NCBI GenBank assembly: GCA_963762565.1
Contig: CAVXLD010000012.1
Coordinates: 320,001 to 384,000 of the forward strand
Length of the DNA stretch: 64,000 nucleotides
Direction of reading: 5' to 3'
Source: an uncultured Verrucomicrobiae bacterium
Lineage (GTDB): Bacteria > Verrucomicrobiota > Verrucomicrobiia > Chthoniobacterales > JAFAMB01
Position 1 is the first letter of the stretch. Each line of letters starts with the position of its first letter. A model generated the notes under the pieces. It saw nothing but the letters and a program-made list of their open reading frames with translations, did not search any database and was not told where the DNA came from. Made by a program: the position numbers and the translations under genes. Below, one piece after another: positions 60,329 to 64,000 of the stretch.

Positions 60329-61176
60329 ATGAACCAGATGGTTGTCCAATCGCTTCAAGGGGTCGGTTTGCCGGCTCTGGCGGTGCTGATTGCAAGTGCG
60401 TTGTGGTTTGCCGTGTTCCCAAAACATCCGCGGGTTCGCGCGATTGGCATTGGGCTGATCGTCGCCGGGGGAACCATTTGGGCTATATTATTTGCCTTCG
60501 GCGGGTTGGCTTATCCTCCTCGTGAATCCGGCCAGTGGATTCCTTATCTAGCTGGAGTGGTTGCCTTAGCTGGTTGCCTTCAGGGCTTCCGGCTAGGGCG
60601 GCAGGTGACGAGTCTGGTTCTTTCGCTGATCACGGCGCTCATTTTATATTGGTCTCAAATATTCGGGAACCCCATGGCTTGCTCTGGATCCTCGCGATTA
60701 CGGTCGTGCTCTTCGTGAGCGCGATCTTGCTTCAACAGATGATTGAAGAACGTTGTTCTGGAGCGGAGCTCTCTCTCGGTCTGGCTCTTTCCGCTGGGGC
60801 CGGAGGTATCGCCATTTTCCTGGGAGGATCAGCGGTGCTCGGCCAAATCAGTGGGGCCCTTGGGCTCATCCTGGGAGTGGTCGCCATTCTGGCGTTCTTT
60901 TTTAATGCAACCGTGGGTCCAATTGTTCCGCTGATCTATGTGATGATTTTCGGGAGCTTGCTGCTGAACGGTTGCTTATTTGCCCAGCTGCCGTGGCTGA
61001 CGGCGATTCTTTTGTGGATCACCCCCTGGGCCCTCCTTTTCGGACAACGTTCGGACCAGCCGAGACTTGGTCGTCGAGCTGGTGCGCTCTGTCTGCGGCT
61101 AATCGGTGTTGTGATTATGGTGGCTGTCGCTCTCGGCTCCGTTTTCCTGCTTGCTCCTCCTAGTTCCGATATTTAA
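60329..61176 (+). CDS. Hypothetical multi-pass membrane protein, frameshift near 60670
   Basis: Two overlapping hydrophobic ORFs that read as one protein. Confidence 0.6.
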
Positions 61177-62304
61177 CCGACGGGTTATGCCCTGCATTTC
61201 GCCGCTGGTAATTGCGTCCCTTCCAAGACGATCTTTGCCCTCTCCAACACCGAATCGCCGACGACCAAGTCATCAGCAGATAAAGCGTAGCGACCAAAGG
61301 CAGGGTGATCACCAGCACAGGGGACTGCCGATAAAAACGAACGGTCGGCAGATAGGTGCCCCACATCAAGAGCAGCCCGAGCCCAGCGAAACACTTTGCC
61401 AACATCGAGTGGCTAGCCAGGCCCAAGACTGGAAACCAAAACAGAGTCAGCATCAAAAACGTCGTCACGAACAGCCAGAAGATCGAATAGTGGAGCTGGG
61501 TGAACGCGGTCCGAGTGACCATATGCCAGAAACTGCCAAGGTCGAGGTACCGCGCTGGCTTTTAGCCGAGTGTGTCAATCCGATCCAGGTGCTGCCGCCG
61601 ATTTGCTTGACCCTCTTCGCCAACTCGCAGTCATCGATAATGTTGCCTTTAAATGCAGCGAATCCTCCGATAGCCCGGAGCGTGTCGGCTCGGATCAGGA
61701 TACAACCTCCCGCCGCCACACCGAGTCTGGGAACGCGGATCGTTTCCCAGCCAAAGGGATAAAGCAGCTTGAAGAAGAAAATAAACGCCGGGCAAAGAAC
61801 ATTCTCCCAGAAAGTTTGCTTGCGTAATCTGCCATCAGCGAGACCAGGTCGAGTTTTCGCTCTCAGTTTCGTTTTGAGTGCGTCAACGGTGCCTGGCGCG
61901 AGCTCGATGTCTGCGTCGAGCAGCAAGATCATCGGCGTGGTCACCTGCTCGGGCCTTGCTGAAGAGCCCAAAGCTTGCCGACCCAACCTTCCGGCAATTC
62001 CCTGCCCGATAACATTGCAGATCTCCGCGCAAAGCTACTTTTCGGCGAGCTCGGCGGTGCCATCGGAGGACTGGTCGTCAATCACGACCACCGCCAGATC
62101 CTTGCCTTGCTTTTCCAGCGGCCCAGGGTGTCCGGCGAATGAAGCGGCCTCATTGCGGGCTGGAATCAGGACCTGAGATCGGATAGATCTGTATCCGATA
62201 TGCTCCGAGCTGTCGTGCTCCAGTAGTTCTCCGCGTGCTCCACGGCCTCCAGGGGAGCAGCAAGATGAATGGCCAGACGCGAGCGAGCCAATGAACAACG
62301 TCAT
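61160..62304 (-). CDS. GT2 glycosyltransferase (HpnB-like), multiple indels
   Basis: VLIPARNEA, IDDQSSDGT, LLLDADI, AAGGCIL, IIDDC.LA, WKGR.Y across frames. Confidence 0.8.
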
Positions 62305-62413
62305 TCACTTCTCTTTAAGATCGTGCTAAATCAACAGTGCCATCGCGACCGGTATTGTCATGATCGCCCGTGCATTAAGCGAAAACCGGGTTCGTTCGTT
62401 GGGTCTTAGAAAG

Positions 62414-63381
62414 CTACCGGATCAACTGACCGACGATTTCAGATGCCATCAACTGAAGAACGTCCTTGCGCGACAGACGAAATAGATCGCCTTCAGTCGT
62501 CAACTGAAGCGCGCTCATGGCCACTCCGTACTGCAATCCGCGAACAAAGTTTCCCTCCAAGAGACCGGAGATCACACCCGCTGCGAAACTGTCTCCGGCA
62601 CCGATCCGATCGATCATGTCGACCGGGTATCCAGGAACGTGAACGGTGTTGCCTTGTTCGAAACCAACAGCCCCTGGTCACCGGTGGTGATGGCGACACG
62701 CGGCATCCCGAACAGGCCATGCAACTCTTTCGCGGCCGTAGCCGCTTCTCCGCTGATCTCGAAAATAGGTCCTAGATCGCGCTTACTCACAATCAAGGTG
62801 TCAACTCTGGACAACAGCGGCGCCAACTGGCTGCGGCACTCTTTGTGACTCCACAACAGAGCACGATAATTGACGTCAAAAATGACGGGGATTTTTGAGT
62901 CGTTGGCTCGGGCGATAACATTCTCAACTAGCCGGCTGCAACCCGCAGAAAGCGCGACGGTGATCCCGGTTAAGTGAATAAAACGCGCTTTGTTGAAGAG
63001 GGATAAGTCGAAGGTCGTTTCGTCCATGTTCCGGGCAGCGCTGGGAGCCCGGTCATACAAAACCTTTGTCGGACGCGGCGACGCCCCAAATTCTAGAAAG
63101 TAAGTTCCGACCCGGTCGATATCCGACCATGCGACATACGAACAATCAACGCCGTAGCCGGAAATCGTGTCCGCGATGCGATGGCCAAGAACGTTGTCCG
63201 GAAGCCGAGATAGCCACCGGGAAACGAACCCCATGCGGGCGACTGCCACAGCCACGTTACTCTCCGTTCCCGCAACATGAACGTCGAACGCCGGTGCATC
63301 CGCAAGCAACCGCCCCGCCGGAACCGAGAGACGCAGCATCGATTCACCGACGGTAACAAGATCAACCTCAGATGCTGGCAT
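62414..63381 (-). CDS. PfkB sugar kinase (KdgK-like), frameshift near 62620
   Basis: VGESMLRL, GTESNVA, FDVNYR..LW, then DRIGAGDSFAAG in a second frame. Confidence 0.85.
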
Positions 63382-63398
63382 GGAATGACTGAAGAAAT

Positions 63399-63613
63399 TT
63401 CACCACAGAGACACAGAGAACACAGAGTAAACGATCCGCAGATTACGCAGATTACGCAGATTTCGTCTCGAGGTTTCGGTTGGCCATAGAATAAACATTA
63501 CGTCGCTAACACTAGAGTATGCTTTTACGTCGGCCGCTCAATTGGCGCGCCAAATCGTAATCTGCGTAATCTGCGAAATCTGCGGATAATTTACTCAGTG
63601 TCTCCGTGGTGAA
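63399..63613. repeat. Family C element inside CACCACAGAGACACAGAG / CTCAGTGTCTCCGTGGTG arms
   Basis: Concentric inverted 9-mer tandem arms. Confidence 0.8.
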
Positions 63614-64000
63614 TCATTTGGGTTTATGGGTGCGCCAACTGTATTTGGGCTCGTATTTCAGGATTCGCCTCGCTTTTTCAATCGAGAACAGCGACTGGTT
63701 CGGCCCGAAAGAACCTTTCTGCGGAACGTCGGGAAATACTTCTGCCAACAGTTCTTTGTTGTCCCTGAGCATCACTGTGTCAGCATTTGCGATAATGAAA
63801 ACTTCGGCTCCCTTCAGATCGACTTCTAGAGCCAACCGGAACGCTTGAGCCGCATCTCGCGCGTCGATGTAACTCCAGACGTTCCATTTTCGCTTTCGAG
63901 GGTCATCCTGAAAGCCGGGGAACCGGGCATAATTTTCCGGATTCATCACGTTAGATAGACGGAGACCGATGATTTTGAGATCTGGGTCCCATCGGCAAAA
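63614..64000 (-). CDS. NAD-dependent epimerase/dehydratase family protein, 5'-truncated by the window edge
   Basis: WSYIDARDAAQA, SIEKARRILKYEP. Confidence 0.75.
   Translation of the reverse strand, partial: FCRWDPDLKIIGLRLSNVMNPENYARFPGFQDDPRKRKWNVWSYIDARDAAQAFRLALEVDLKGAEVFIIANADTVMLRDNKELLAEVFPDVPQKGSFGPNQSLFSIEKARRILKYEPKYSWRTHKPK

Overview
Bacterial chromosomal window. Gene content and style suggest Verrucomicrobiota (Chthoniobacterales-like); this is an inference. It contains a urease operon (ureDABCEFG) and a urea ABC transporter split into urtA and urtBCDE behind two divergent sigma54-type promoters. Housekeeping genes include a DinG-like helicase, recG, an HtrA protease, corA, rpmI-rplT-pheS-pheT, nrdR, dnaB, rplI and a sigma70 factor; there is also a tRNA-Cys and a probable 6S RNA. 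The main candidate system is a ~6.3 kb fluoride-response island (41.7-48.0 kb). In it, two back-to-back fluoride riboswitches drive a pair of short MutS-like ATPases followed by two DUF190 genes, and an uncharacterised AAA+ ATPase; these lie next to a tandem-fused CrcB/Fluc ORF and a third DUF190. Other notable items are a transposase-free, 17-bp inverted-repeat-bounded cassette next to the tRNA-Cys 3' end, two tandem paralogues of an unrecognised His-rich secreted protein, and a very dense set of REP/MITE-like repeats. These repeats nest inside each other and twice sit inside coding sequence. Indels cluster at about 39-41, 45.5-47.8 and 60-62.7 kb, including in essential pheT, so they are probably sequencing or assembly errors.
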